Of a stretch of DNA of 64,000 bases, positions 23,215 through 33,709 are shown piece by piece. Every line of letters starts with the position of its first letter. The first letter of the stretch is position 1. The stretch lies in the NCBI GenBank assembly GCA_963789955.1, contig CAWBMV010000001.1, positions 576,001-640,000 of the forward strand. Direction: 5' to 3'. This DNA comes from an uncultured Candidatus Rokubacteria bacterium. Its GTDB lineage: Bacteria; Methylomirabilota; Methylomirabilia; Rokubacteriales; CSP1-6. The notes beneath the pieces were generated by a model that was given only the letters and a program-made list of their open reading frames with translations, was not told where the DNA came from and ran no database searches. The position numbers were made by a program, and so were the translations under genes.

Positions 23215-23916
23215 TCAGCCGCCCAGGTAGGCCGCTTTGACATGCTGGCTCTCGCGCAGACTCGCGGGGCCCGTCGAGCACAATGCGACCGGTTTCCATG
23301 ACGTAGGTGCGGGAGGAGATGGACAGGGCCATCCGTGCATTCTGCTCGACGAGAAGCACCGTGACCTGCCGATCGCGATTGATCGCGTCGATGATCCGGC
23401 CCATCTCTCGCACCACCAGCGGAGCCAGCCCGAAGGACAGCTCGTCCAGGATCAGCATCCGGGGCTTCGACATGAGGGCCCGGCCGATGGCTAGCATCTG
23501 CTGCTCGCCACCGGACAGCGTGCCGGCCCGCTGGTGACGGCGCTCCGCTAACCGCGGGAAGCGCTGCAAGACCTCATCCAGCGTGCCGCGATGGCCTGCC
23601 CGTCGCGCCCGGTAGGCGCCCATCTTCAGGTTCTCCGTCACCGTCATCTGTGGGAAGAGCCGTCGCCCCTCGGGGGCGTGACCCACCCCCAGCGCCACGA
23701 CCCGATGAGCCTTCCATCCGGAGATGTCGGTTCCGCTGAAGACGATTCGGCCCGCCGGGGGCGCACCAACCCCGAGATGGCGCGGAGCGTGGAGGTCTTG
23801 CCGGCGCCGTTCGGGCCGATCAACGCGACGATCTCGCCCTGACCGACGGTGAGCGACACGCCGTCCACCGCAACCACGTTGCCGTAGCGCACGGAGAGGC
23901 CGCTGACCTCAAGCAC
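23215..23916 (-). CDS. livF: LivF-like ABC ATPase, frameshifted
   Basis: GPNGAGKTS, PEGRRLF, LSGGEQQ, VEQNA. Confidence 0.85.
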
Positions 23917-24677
23917 CCGCGCCCTCCGTCCCAAGGTAGGCCTCGATGACCGCCGCGTTCTCCTGGACCTCGCGCGGCATGCCTTCCGCGATGCGGACGC
24001 CGTGATCCAGCACGGTGACGACGTCGCAGAGGCCCATCACCGCTCTCATGTCGTGCTCAACCAGCAGAATCGTCATCCCTTGCTCCCGGAGGCGCCGCAG
24101 TACTGCAGCGTCTCGTGGCGCTCCTGGCCGGTGAGCCCGGCCAGCGGCTCGTCCAGCAGAACGAGCTCGGCGCCGGTGGCCACGACCATGGCGATACTCA
24201 GCGCCTTCTGGTCCCGGTGCGGAAGGTGGCCGCCGCCGGGCTCGGGCCGGGTCCCCGAGCCCGAAGGATGCGAGGAGTGTCGCGGGCGTGGGCGACCGCC
24301 CGTTCTTCCTTCCGGCGGTAGGTCGGCGAGGCCCCGAGTGCCGGCCAGAGGCCGTCGGCGGCGCGAAGGTGAACGGCGACAAGGAGGTTCTGGAACACCG
24401 TGTACTCTCGAAAGAGCGTCGTCGCCTGGAAGGTGCGCGCGACGCCGCGTCGGCAGATCTCCGACGGCCGAAGACCGGAGATGCGCTCGCCTCGGAAAAG
24501 GACTTCCCCGGCCGAAAGTGGGACGACGCCGGAGATAAGGTTGAACACCGTGCTCTTGCCGGCGCCGTTCGGGCCGATGAGCCCGTGGATGGATCCAGGC
24601 CTCACCGCCATCGACAGATCGGCGACGGCCTGCAACCCCCCAAAGCGCCGGCTGACACGCCGCAGCTCAAGAAGCAC
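23909..24677 (-). CDS. livG: LivG-like ABC ATPase, frameshifted
   Basis: FGGLQAV, GPNGAGKST, ARTFQ, VEHDM, VIEAYLG. Confidence 0.85.
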
Positions 24678-25650
24678 CCCTGGCTCCCATGGCGCGGTCC
24701 TTCGACCTCGATCCTGCACGACGCGCACGAGCCATCCGGGCAGCGCCACGAGCCCCTGCGGGAGCAAGAGCGTGGTCAAGATGAGCACGGTTCCGAAGAG
24801 GAGGATCTCATAGTGGTGGAGCTCACGCATGAACTCCGCGGCGACAGTCAGCGCGATGGTCCCGATCACCGGCCCCCAGACGCTGCCGGCCCCGCCGATG
24901 ACGGTGAAGACCACCAGCAGAACCATCGGCTCGAGGCCGAAGTCGCCCGCCTGTAGAACCTGGTGTGAATGGGCGAAAAACGCGCCCGTCAACCCAGCCA
25001 TGAAGCTCCCCAGGACGAAGGCCGCCAGCTTGTAGCGGAAGACGCACACGCCCAAGCGTCGGCTAGACGTCGGTCTGGCGGATCGCGCCGCCGCGAGGCC
25101 GAACCGCGAGTAGTCCAGACGCACGAGTGCCAGCACCACGACGACACTGATCGCGCCCATCAGCCAGTAGAGCTCGAGCTTGCCGTCGAAGGATCAGCGC
25201 CGAGCAGGCGGCCGGGCTTCGGAATGCCGACCAGCCCCGAGGGCCCGCCGAACAGCCCTTCGAAGAAGTTGTTGAAGAAGAGCCGCACGACTTCGGAGAA
25301 CGCGAACGTGATGAGGAAGTAGTAGGGGCCGCTCACGCGCAGCGCCACGCTGCCGATCGGCACGGCCAGCAGGGCCGCTACCAGCGCGCCGATCCAGAGC
25401 GTGGCCCAGAACGACAGCCCCACCCGCGTCACGAGGAGCGCCGACGCGTAGGCGCCGATCCCCATGAACGAGATGTGCGCCATGTTGATCTGGCCGGTGC
25501 TGACCTGTAGCCGAAAGCTCATCGTCAAGGTGAGGTTCATGAGGATCGTGGTCGCGACGTCCAGGTAATAGGAGTCGCGTGTGAGCAGCGGCAGCATGGC
25601 CGCCGCCGCCGCGATCAGCGCCACGCCCGCCGCGGGCGCCGCGGCGCTAC
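24667..25650 (-). CDS. livM: LivM-like ABC permease, frameshifted
   Basis: TGQINMAHISFMGIGAY, YKLAAFVLG, IGGAGSVWGP; ends approximate. Confidence 0.8.
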
Positions 25651-26507
25651 GCTCCACCGACGAGCCCACGCGGCCGCACGAGCAGGACCACGATCACCAT
25701 GAGAAAGCCGAGGATGTTGACGGCGGCGCTGCCCATGAAGAGCGCGCCGAGGCCCTCGACGCCACCCAGGAGGAGGCCGCCCAGGACGGCCCCCGGCAGG
25801 CTGCCCATGCCGCCGACGATAATAATGATGAACGCCTTGACGACCGGCAGCGCGCCCATCGTTGGGCTCACCGCGAAGAGCGGGGCCAGCAGGCCGCCCG
25901 CGCCGCCGGCGAGCGCGCAGCCGACACCGAAGCCGAGGGCGGAGACGGCGTCGATGTTGACCCCCTGGAGCGCGGCGGCGTCGGGATCCTGGGCGACCGC
26001 ACGCATGGCGCGGCCGGGCCGGCTCAGACGCAGGAACAGGTAGAGCCCGACGATGAGCACGATCGCGGTGAGGCTCACCACCATCCGCTCGACCGACATC
26101 ACCAGCCCGAACACGCGTACGACTCCCGAGAACGCGGACGGCACGGGCTTGTCGAGGACGCCGAACCCGAGCTGCGCGCCGGCCTGCATGACCCACAGGA
26201 GCCCGAGCGACACGATGAACGCGTTGAGCGCTCGGCCGCGCAGGTCGTGGAAGATCAGCCGCTCGGCGACCACGCCGACGATGCCGACCGTGACGATCGC
26301 GAGCACGAGCGTCGCAAAGTAGTTCAGGCCGAAGAGCCCGTAGACGTAGTAGGTGACGTAGCCCCCGAGCATGTAGAACTCGCCGTGAGCGAAGTTGATG
26401 ATCTCGAGAATGGAGAAGATGAGGGTGAGGCCGAGGGCGACCAGCACGTAGGCCATCGCCAGGCCGAAGCCGTTCAGCAGCGCCTGGACGAGGAGCTCGA
26501 TCGACAC
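25647..26507 (-). CDS. livH: LivH-like ABC permease
   Basis: LVALGLTLIFSILEIINFAHGEFYMLG; RPRGL. Confidence 0.9.
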   Translation of the reverse strand: MSIELLVQALLNGFGLAMAYVLVALGLTLIFSILEIINFAHGEFYMLGGYVTYYVYGLFGLNYFATLVLAIVTVGIVGVVAERLIFHDLRGRALNAFIVSLGLLWVMQAGAQLGFGVLDKPVPSAFSGVVRVFGLVMSVERMVVSLTAIVLIVGLYLFLRLSRPGRAMRAVAQDPDAAALQGVNIDAVSALGFGVGCALAGGAGGLLAPLFAVSPTMGALPVVKAFIIIIVGGMGSLPGAVLGGLLLGGVEGLGALFMGSAAVNILGFLMVIVVLLVRPRGLVGGA

Positions 26508-26540
26508 GAATCGCCCGCGGCCTCTAGCGAGCCGAGTCCC

Positions 26541-27737
26541 TCATTTCTTCAACGCGGCCGGCAGCACTTGAGCGATGTCGACCACTTTGCCGTCGCGGAC
26601 CTCGCTGATGACCATCGGGTACAGGAACTGCCGATCGATGCCGTACGTGTCCTTGCCGCCGAGAACCAGCTTGCCCCACACCGTGTCGAAGGGCTTCTGG
26701 GTCAGCGCGGCCAGCACCTTGTCGGTGTCGAGCGAGCGCGCGTCCTGCATGGCCTTGGTGATCACGTCGAAGGCGGCGTAGTTGGCGATGGCGATCACGC
26801 CGGGCACTTCCTTGTAGCGCTTCTCGTACTCCTCGCCGAACCGGCGCACGGTCTGGCTGACGAAATCGCTCTTCACGTTGATGTTGAGCGGGCTCCACAC
26901 GCCCTCGGCCGCTTCCTTGCCGGCGACGCCGATGATCGTGAACGGATTGGTCCCGGCGGTCCAGCCCTTGGCCCCCTTGAAGCCGAGCTCGCGCGCCTGC
27001 TTGAGGATGAGCCCGCCTTCGCCGGCCGGCGCCGCGGCGACGTCGAGCATGTCCGGTTTGGCCGCCAGGAGCTTGGTGAGGATCGGGTAGAAGTCCTTGG
27101 TGCCGCGCTCGTAGTACTCATCGGCCGCGACCTCGAAGCCGAGGCCTTTGAGCGCCTTGACGATTGCGGTGTTGGTGTCCTTGCCGCTGGTATCGTTGGG
27201 CGAGATGAGCGCCACGCGCTTGATCTGCGGATGTTTTTCCTTCACCCAGCGATAGAACGGATCGGCCACTTCCCACTGGCTCAGCATCGCCCGGAACGAG
27301 TACGGCTTGTCCGGGCCGAGGTTGGCCGTTCCCCAGCACACGAACGAGAACAGGACCTTCTCGGGCTCCGTCACGGTCTGGACGGCGTTGCAGGTGGCGC
27401 CGACCGCGTTGCCGATGATGTACTTCACCTTGTCCTGGAACACGAGCTTGTTGGCCGCGGTGGCCGCGTCCGCCGCGAGCGCCTTGTGGTCGTAGCTCAC
27501 GATCTTGATGTGATAGACGTCGTTGCCGACCTTGAGGCCGCCGGCCTTGTTGATCTCGTCGGCCCTCATCTCGGCGCCGCGCACCAGCTCCACGCCGTAC
27601 GACGCGGCGCCGCCGGAGAGCGGCCCCAGCACGCCGATCGTGAGCGTCTTGTCCGCCGCCGCGCCGCGCGTCGCGCTGCCCGCGGATGCCACGAGCGCGA
27701 CCATAGCGATGGTCGCGATGCTCGCTCGGATCCTCAT
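26541..27737 (-). CDS. Liv-type ABC substrate-binding protein
   Basis: Signal peptide, IGVLGPLSGGAASYG; GGAGG RBS. Confidence 0.88.
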   Translation of the reverse strand: MRIRASIATIAMVALVASAGSATRGAAADKTLTIGVLGPLSGGAASYGVELVRGAEMRADEINKAGGLKVGNDVYHIKIVSYDHKALAADAATAANKLVFQDKVKYIIGNAVGATCNAVQTVTEPEKVLFSFVCWGTANLGPDKPYSFRAMLSQWEVADPFYRWVKEKHPQIKRVALISPNDTSGKDTNTAIVKALKGLGFEVAADEYYERGTKDFYPILTKLLAAKPDMLDVAAAPAGEGGLILKQARELGFKGAKGWTAGTNPFTIIGVAGKEAAEGVWSPLNINVKSDFVSQTVRRFGEEYEKRYKEVPGVIAIANYAAFDVITKAMQDARSLDTDKVLAALTQKPFDTVWGKLVLGGKDTYGIDRQFLYPMVISEVRDGKVVDIAQVLPAALKK

Positions 27738-28060
27738 CGTCGCTTCCTCCTGGTTGAAGAGCATCGGGATGACGTCTTCGGCGCGGCGCGCGGCGCGCGT
27801 TCGCTCCGGGCTCCCGCGCTCGACGGGAGCGCGACGAGTCTCGCGCGGTCGGGCGCGGTATTCAAGCCTCGGTCGGTCGGCGGGTGCGCGCCTTGACGGG
27901 CCGGAGGTCCCGAGGACCCGTGGGTCGCCTCGGGGGCCCGGGAGTCGGAGTCTGCCGCTCGGGGTCCACACCGGCCGGCGGCCGGGTCGCCGGAACCGCG
28001 TGCCCCGGCCGGGGGTTACGAGTAAGATCCGAGGGAGCGATCCTATACCAAGGAGGAGCC

Positions 28061-28621
28061 ATGTCCACCACACGCGCCGTGAGCCGGATTCTCGTCCTGA
28101 GCGCGCTCGCCGTCCTGGTCCTGACCAGCGCGGCCGTCGCCCTGGAGGCCGGGCAGAAAGCGCCCGACTTCGCCCTCAACGGGACTGACGGCAAGCCCGT
28201 CAAGCTGTCGGACCTGACGGCCAAGGGACCCGTCGTCATCTATACCTTCATCGCCGCGTTCACCCCGACGTGAACCAAAGAGCTTGCCGGCTTCGAGGCT
28301 GCGCTGCCGCAGTTCGAAGCCGCCGGCGCCCAGGTCGTGGGCGTTAGCACGGATCACCATCTCGCGCTCGCCGCGTGGCAGAAGGATCAGCAGTCCAAGC
28401 AGCTCCTCCTCTCGGATTTCCGCCGACAGATGCTGCCGGCGTACGGTGCCATGGAGATGAACGAAGCCAGCCCGGTCTACCGCTATGCGAAGCGGGCGTA
28501 CTTCATCATCGACAAGACCGGGACCATCAAGTACGTCAAGGTCATGGACAGTCCGCTGAACCTCCTCGAGCCGGCCGAAGTGCTGGCGGCCGTGAAGGCC
28601 GCCAACTTGTCGATGAAATGA
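28061..28621 (+). CDS. Selenocysteine-containing peroxiredoxin (AhpC/TSA family) with signal peptide; Sec at TGA 28271-28273
   Basis: AGGAGG RBS; GQKAPDFAL...AAFTPT-UGA-TKEL...GVSTD...LLSD...KRAYFIIDKTG, all in one frame (186 codons). Confidence 0.88.
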
Positions 28622-28631
28622 GGACCGCTCC

Positions 28632-29045
28632 ATGAAAGCGATTCGCCTCGGCCTCCTGCTCGGTCTGATTGCGACGATGAGCGCGGCGTGCGCGGAGATC
28701 GGCGCCCCGCTTCCTCTGAGCATGACGGCCACGACGTTGACGGCAGGCTGGGAGCGCCACTTCTCGCTCGAGTGGACGGCGACCGAGCAGAGCCAGAGCT
28801 CGCGCAAGGTCGCCGGCTACGTCTACAACCGCAACGGGGAGTTCGCCACCAGCCTGCGCCTGCTCGCGCAGGCGGTCGACTCCGGGGGGGCGGTGGTGGG
28901 GCAGCGGATCGCTTACGTGCCCGGAGGCGTGGGCGGCTTCGGGCGCGCGTATTTCGAAGTCCCGAACTTGCCGGCAACCGCCAGCTATCGGGTCAGTGTG
29001 TGGGACTACACCTGGTTCCAGGCCGACGGCGACGGCAAGATGTGA
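28632..29045 (+). CDS. Putative lipoprotein (FxLYD-like Ig fold)
   Basis: Lipobox-like SAAC; VAGYVYN...RAYFEV. Confidence 0.65.
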   Translation: MKAIRLGLLLGLIATMSAACAEIGAPLPLSMTATTLTAGWERHFSLEWTATEQSQSSRKVAGYVYNRNGEFATSLRLLAQAVDSGGAVVGQRIAYVPGGVGGFGRAYFEVPNLPATASYRVSVWDYTWFQADGDGKM

Positions 29046-29063
29046 GCTCGCGGCGGTGAGCGT

Positions 29064-29565
29064 CTAGGCCGGCGGCTTGGCCGCGGGGCCCTGGGGCTGA
29101 CGAATCAGCTCCACGGGCCCCCGCGGCTCCCAGCTCATCTGCGCCGTTCCAGCTCCCGCCAGCCGGTTCTCCTCGAGCCGGGTCAGGCTGATCCACCCGC
29201 CGTTCACCGTCGCGGGCTCGAGCACCAGGGTGAGCCGTCCGTTCGAGCTCGCCGAGTCGCCCCTGCACGTTGACCGAGACCATCTCGTTGCGGACCCTGA
29301 CGCTCAGGATGCCGGACACGCCCGGCAGATCTCGCCCGAACACCTGCCAGGGACCGACTGAAACGCCGCCGATCGGCTCGGCATCCCGCTGATCGAGGAT
29401 GACGAGCGTCAGGGGAGCCCCGCCCCAGGTGCCGTTCCAGGTTCCGCGCAGGTCCGGCATCATCCCGACCGGCGTCGTCAGCGGAGGGGGCGGCGTCCCG
29501 CAGGCGAGGAGCGACACGGCGGCCACGGCCAGAACCCCGGCCCACCACAGCTTCATCAGCTTCAT
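29064..29565 (-). CDS. Putative lipoprotein, frameshifted near 29250
   Basis: MKLMKLWWAGVLAVAAVSLLAC lipobox; DLRGTWNGTWGG. Confidence 0.6.
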
Positions 29566-29626
29566 CGAGTCGAATATACTCGCCCCGAAGCGACTGACCC
29601 TGATCGTCATTCGAATGGAGAGGCAC

Positions 29627-31174
29627 ATGCGCGCACATCGATATGGCGCGGTCGTGATGCTGACGTTGCTGCTCGTGATGCTGGGATCGATCCAGGACAC
29701 TGCCGCGCAGACGGCGCCGGCCGGAGATGTCATCGTGGCCTGGCACGTGACCATCGCGCCGACCTGGTTCGATCCGTCCACGGCTCCGCCCCAGATCACA
29801 CCGTTCGGCATTCTCTTCGCGCTCCACGACGCGCTCGTCCGCCCGCTGCCGGGCAAGGGCAAGATGTCGCCGAGCCTGGCCGAGTCGTGGACGGAGAGCG
29901 CCGACGGGCTCGCGTACGAGTTCAAGCTGCGGCGCGATCTCAAGTTCCACAACGGCGATCCCATCACCACCGAGGACGTGAAGTTCAGCTTCGAGCGCTA
30001 TCGCGGCGCCGGAGCGAAGGAACTCCAGGGACACGTCCGTCAGGTCGAGATCGTGGATCCGCTGACGGTGCGCTTCCTTCTGAACGAGCCGTGGCCGGAC
30101 TTCATGACCTTCTACGGGACGACCGCCACCGCCGCCGGCATCGTCGTTCCCAAGAAGTACGTGACCCAGGTCGGCGACGAAGGCTTCCGAAAGCAACCGA
30201 TCGGCGCCGGCCCCTACCGCTTCGTGAGCCACAAGCCGGGCGTCGAGGTCGTGGTCGAGGCGTACACGGGCTACTGGCGCCGCGTGCCCCTCGTCAAGCG
30301 CTACGTCATGAAGAGCGTTCCCGAGGGGACGACGCGGGTGGCGATGCTGAAGAACGGCGAAGCCGACATCGCCTATGCGCTCGACGGCGAGGACGCGCAG
30401 AACGTGAAGCGCGACTCACGGTTGCAGCTCGTCCCGTCGAAGCACGCGTCGATCTACTGGATCGAGTTCGCCGAGCAGTGGGATCCGAAATCTCCGTGGC
30501 ACGACAAACGCGTGCGGCTCGCCGCCAACTACGCGCTCAATCGTCAGGCGATCAACGAAGTCTCCTGTCTCGGCTACTGTCCGCCGGCCGGGGTCATCGT
30601 GCCGCGCGTGATGGAGTTCGCGCTGCAGGCGCCGCCGCTCCCGTACGATCCGCAGAAGGCCAAGCAGCTTCTCGCCGAGGCGGGCTATCCGAACGGGATC
30701 GACGTCGGCGATTTCGTGCCGACGCCGCCGTTCGTGACGACGGCAGAAGCGGCGACCAACTATCTCGGCGCCGTCGGGATTCGCACGAAGATGCGACTCA
30801 TGGAGCGCGCGGCGTTCCTGGCGGCCTGGCGCGAGAAGAAGCTCCGCGGCCTGTTCATGGCCGCCGTCGGGAACTCGGGCAACGCGGCCAGCCGGGTCGA
30901 GGCGTTCATGTACACCAAGGGGAGCAGCGCCTACGGCGGATACCCGGACCTCGACGACCTGTTCCTCCAGCAGGCACGGGAGCGCGACCCCGCCAAGCGC
31001 GAGGCGCTGTTGCATCGCATCCAGCAGATATCGATCGACCGGGTGATGTTCGCGCCGATCATGGACTATCGAACGCTACGGGGTGTCGGGCCGCGCATCG
31101 CGGAGCACATGCTCGACTCGATGCATCTGATACCCTTCCCAGCGTACGAAGAGGTGCGTCTCAAAGGACAATAG
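29627..31174 (+). CDS. ABC transporter substrate-binding protein, family 5 (DppA-like)
   Basis: SLAESW, KFHNGDPITTEDVKFS, PIGAGPY, YDPQKAKQLLAEAG. Confidence 0.92.
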   Translation: MRAHRYGAVVMLTLLLVMLGSIQDTAAQTAPAGDVIVAWHVTIAPTWFDPSTAPPQITPFGILFALHDALVRPLPGKGKMSPSLAESWTESADGLAYEFKLRRDLKFHNGDPITTEDVKFSFERYRGAGAKELQGHVRQVEIVDPLTVRFLLNEPWPDFMTFYGTTATAAGIVVPKKYVTQVGDEGFRKQPIGAGPYRFVSHKPGVEVVVEAYTGYWRRVPLVKRYVMKSVPEGTTRVAMLKNGEADIAYALDGEDAQNVKRDSRLQLVPSKHASIYWIEFAEQWDPKSPWHDKRVRLAANYALNRQAINEVSCLGYCPPAGVIVPRVMEFALQAPPLPYDPQKAKQLLAEAGYPNGIDVGDFVPTPPFVTTAEAATNYLGAVGIRTKMRLMERAAFLAAWREKKLRGLFMAAVGNSGNAASRVEAFMYTKGSSAYGGYPDLDDLFLQQARERDPAKREALLHRIQQISIDRVMFAPIMDYRTLRGVGPRIAEHMLDSMHLIPFPAYEEVRLKGQ

Positions 31175-31184
31175 CGGCGAGACC

Positions 31185-32820
31185 ATGTACGCGGCTTACT
31201 TCGGGCTGACTGAGCGGCCATTCTCACTGGCCCCTGATCCGCGCTACCTCTACCTGAGCGACGCGCACCGGGAGGCCCTTGCCCATCTGCTGTACGGCAT
31301 CGGCGAGGGCGGCAGCTTCGTGCAGCTGACGGGCGAGGTGGGAACCGGCAAGACCACCGTGTGCCGCGCGCTCCTGGAACAGCTCCCGCCCGACGTCGAC
31401 GTCGCGATGATCTTCAATCCCCGACTCACGTCGGTCGAGCTGCTGGCCGCCGTGTGCGACGAGCTGCGGGTTCCGTACCCCGCGGGCACGACGAGCTTGA
31501 AGGTCCTGGTCGACGCGCTGTCGCAGGCGCTCCTCGATGCGCACGCGAAGGGCCGGCGCACCGTCCTGATCATCGACGAGGCGCAGAATCTGAGCGCGCG
31601 CGTGTTAGAAGAAGTGCGTCTCTTGACCAATCTGGAGACGACGACGCAGAAGCTGCTCCAGGTGGTGTTGATCGGCCAGCCCGAGCTGGCGGAGCTGCTC
31701 GCGCGCCGGAACCTGCGCCAGCTCTCGCAGCGCGTGACCGCCCGCTATCACCTGCGATCGTTCAGCGAGGAAGAATCGCAGCGCTACGTCCAGCATCGGC
31801 TGGAGATCGCGGGCCAGCGCCAGCCGATCTTCACCAAACAGGCCGTGCGCGCGGCCCATCGCCTGGCGCGCGGTATTCCGCGCCTGTTGAACACGATCTG
31901 CGATCGCGCGCTGCTCGGCGCGTATGCGACTGGACAGACACGGGTCAAGGAAGCGGTCGTCCGTCGCGCGGCCAAGGAAGTCCTCGGCCCGCGGCGGAGC
32001 CGGCGATGGGTCACCGCCACCGCGGGCGCCGTGCTTGTCGTCGTCGTCGCCAGCACGATCGCGCTGGTCGCGACCGGCGGACTCCGGTCGCTCGGGGCCT
32101 GGGCGTTCTCGCGCACCGAGAAATCGATCTCGCCGCCGGTCGACGTGCCGGCGCTCTCGCCCGTCGTGGATGAGCGCCGCCCGCCGGAGCCAACTCTGGC
32201 GGCGATCCTCGAGCGATCCGTCGCTCACCGCCGACCGGGCGAGCGCGTTCGTCAACCTGTACGCGCTCTGGGGTCTCGACGCCAGCGGCGCGAACGCCGA
32301 GCGCGGCTGCGAGCTCGGGCGCGCGGCCGGGTTGCGCTGTCTCAACCGGACGGGAACGTGGACCGTGCTGCGTCGTCTGAATCTTCCGGCGATCCTCGAA
32401 CTCACGACTCCGGAGGGACGGAAGTATCATGTCGTCCTGGCGGGCCTCGACGGCGACCGGGCGACGCTCGAGATCGGCGCGCGCCAAGTCACCCTGCCGA
32501 GCAGCGAGGTCGAGCGCTTCTGGGACGGACCGTTCACGATGATCTGGAGATCGCCGGTCACGGGACCGGTACCGATCCAGCCGGGTATGTCGGGCCGCGA
32601 CGTCGCGTGGCTTCGCCAGCGGCTCGGTGCCCTCGATGGGCAACCGGCGACCGCGAGGGCCAATCAGATCTACGACGACGAGCTGAAGCGGCGGGTCGCC
32701 GTGTTCCAGCAGGGTGAGGCGCTGATGCCGGACGGTATCGCCGGTGAAGAGACGCTCGTCCGCCTGGTCGCGACGGCGTCGGGCGCGAACGGTCCCACGT
32801 TGACCGCCGAGCGACCCTAG
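31185..32820 (+). CDS. exeA: ExeA/GspA AAA ATPase with peptidoglycan-binding C-terminus, frameshifted near 32215
   Basis: YFGLTERPFSLAPDPRYLY, GEVGTGKT, IIDEAQ, GIPRLLN, TM segment, FQ...DGIAGEET. Confidence 0.9.
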
Positions 32821-32822
32821 CC

Positions 32823-33524
32823 ATGTCCTATATCCTCGACGCGCTCACGAAGGCCGCGCAGCAGCGAGACCGGCAGGTGCCCGTCGTGCAGCGGCTTCTT
32901 TCGCCCGCGCCGAGGCCGCGATCGTCGTGGCACTACGCGTCCGGGCGTCTGCTCGCCGCGCTCGCGCTGAACGCGGTGCTCCTGGCCGCTGTGCTCTTCT
33001 GGTGGCTACGCCCGGCGGCGGTTACCGCTCCGGAGCCGATCGCGGCGGCGCCCGAGTCGATCGCCACGCCGGCGCCGCCGGTGACGAGCCCGCGTCCGCT
33101 CGTCAAGCTCGAGCCGCTGCCGAGCGCCGAGACGAAGGTCGAAAAGCCGGCGCCGCCGAGACTAGCGCCGAGCACCCCTGCCGTGCCGCCGGCCGCTACG
33201 CCGCCCGCTGCGCCGCCCGTCGCGGTCGCGCCGGCGCCCGCGCCGTTGGCTCCGCCGCGTCCTCGCTCCGGGACACCGACGATCCAGGCTACGCCGGCGC
33301 CAGCTCCCGCCCCGCGACCGCCGGCGTCCCCCGAGACGGCGTCGCTCAGACTCGAGGCGCTGATCTATGCCGACGCGCCGGCGGAGCGCATGGTCTTCAT
33401 CAACGGCCGGCGCTATCGCGAGGGCGACTCGATCGATGGCCGGCTTCGGATCGAGGAGATCCGCGAAGAAGGCGTCGAGCTCAGCGATCAAGGTCGCCGC
33501 TTCACCCTTCGCGTCGCGCGCTGA
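32823..33524 (+). CDS. gspB: ExeB/GspB-like protein
   Basis: MSYILDALTKA start, TM, Pro-rich linker, RMVFINGRRYREGD. Confidence 0.88.
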   Translation: MSYILDALTKAAQQRDRQVPVVQRLLSPAPRPRSSWHYASGRLLAALALNAVLLAAVLFWWLRPAAVTAPEPIAAAPESIATPAPPVTSPRPLVKLEPLPSAETKVEKPAPPRLAPSTPAVPPAATPPAAPPVAVAPAPAPLAPPRPRSGTPTIQATPAPAPAPRPPASPETASLRLEALIYADAPAERMVFINGRRYREGDSIDGRLRIEEIREEGVELSDQGRRFTLRVAR

Positions 33525-33709
33525 CCAGCGCCTAGCCTTTCGCCACTCCTGGCGATTCCCCGGCATTCCTGTCACCGCATCGTTCTCCGCATCCCGACGT
33601 CCGTAGCTTGTTTCCCCGCAGAAACTCAGTCGTTTCTGGGTTCGCCGGAGCGGGCGAATCCAGTGGCTCGACTCTTGCTTTTATAGGGTCGATTTCTGTG
33701 GAGGGACAG

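Noticed and set aside
27740..28060. GC hairpins in the divergent livK/peroxiredoxin intergenic region as a riboswitch
   Set aside because: No recognisable conserved aptamer motif; such hairpins are expected at this GC content
33525..33709. Two hairpins upstream of the ABC_sub_bind gene as an ncRNA
   Set aside because: Short imperfect stems with no family motif I can recognise; more likely promoter/terminator sequence
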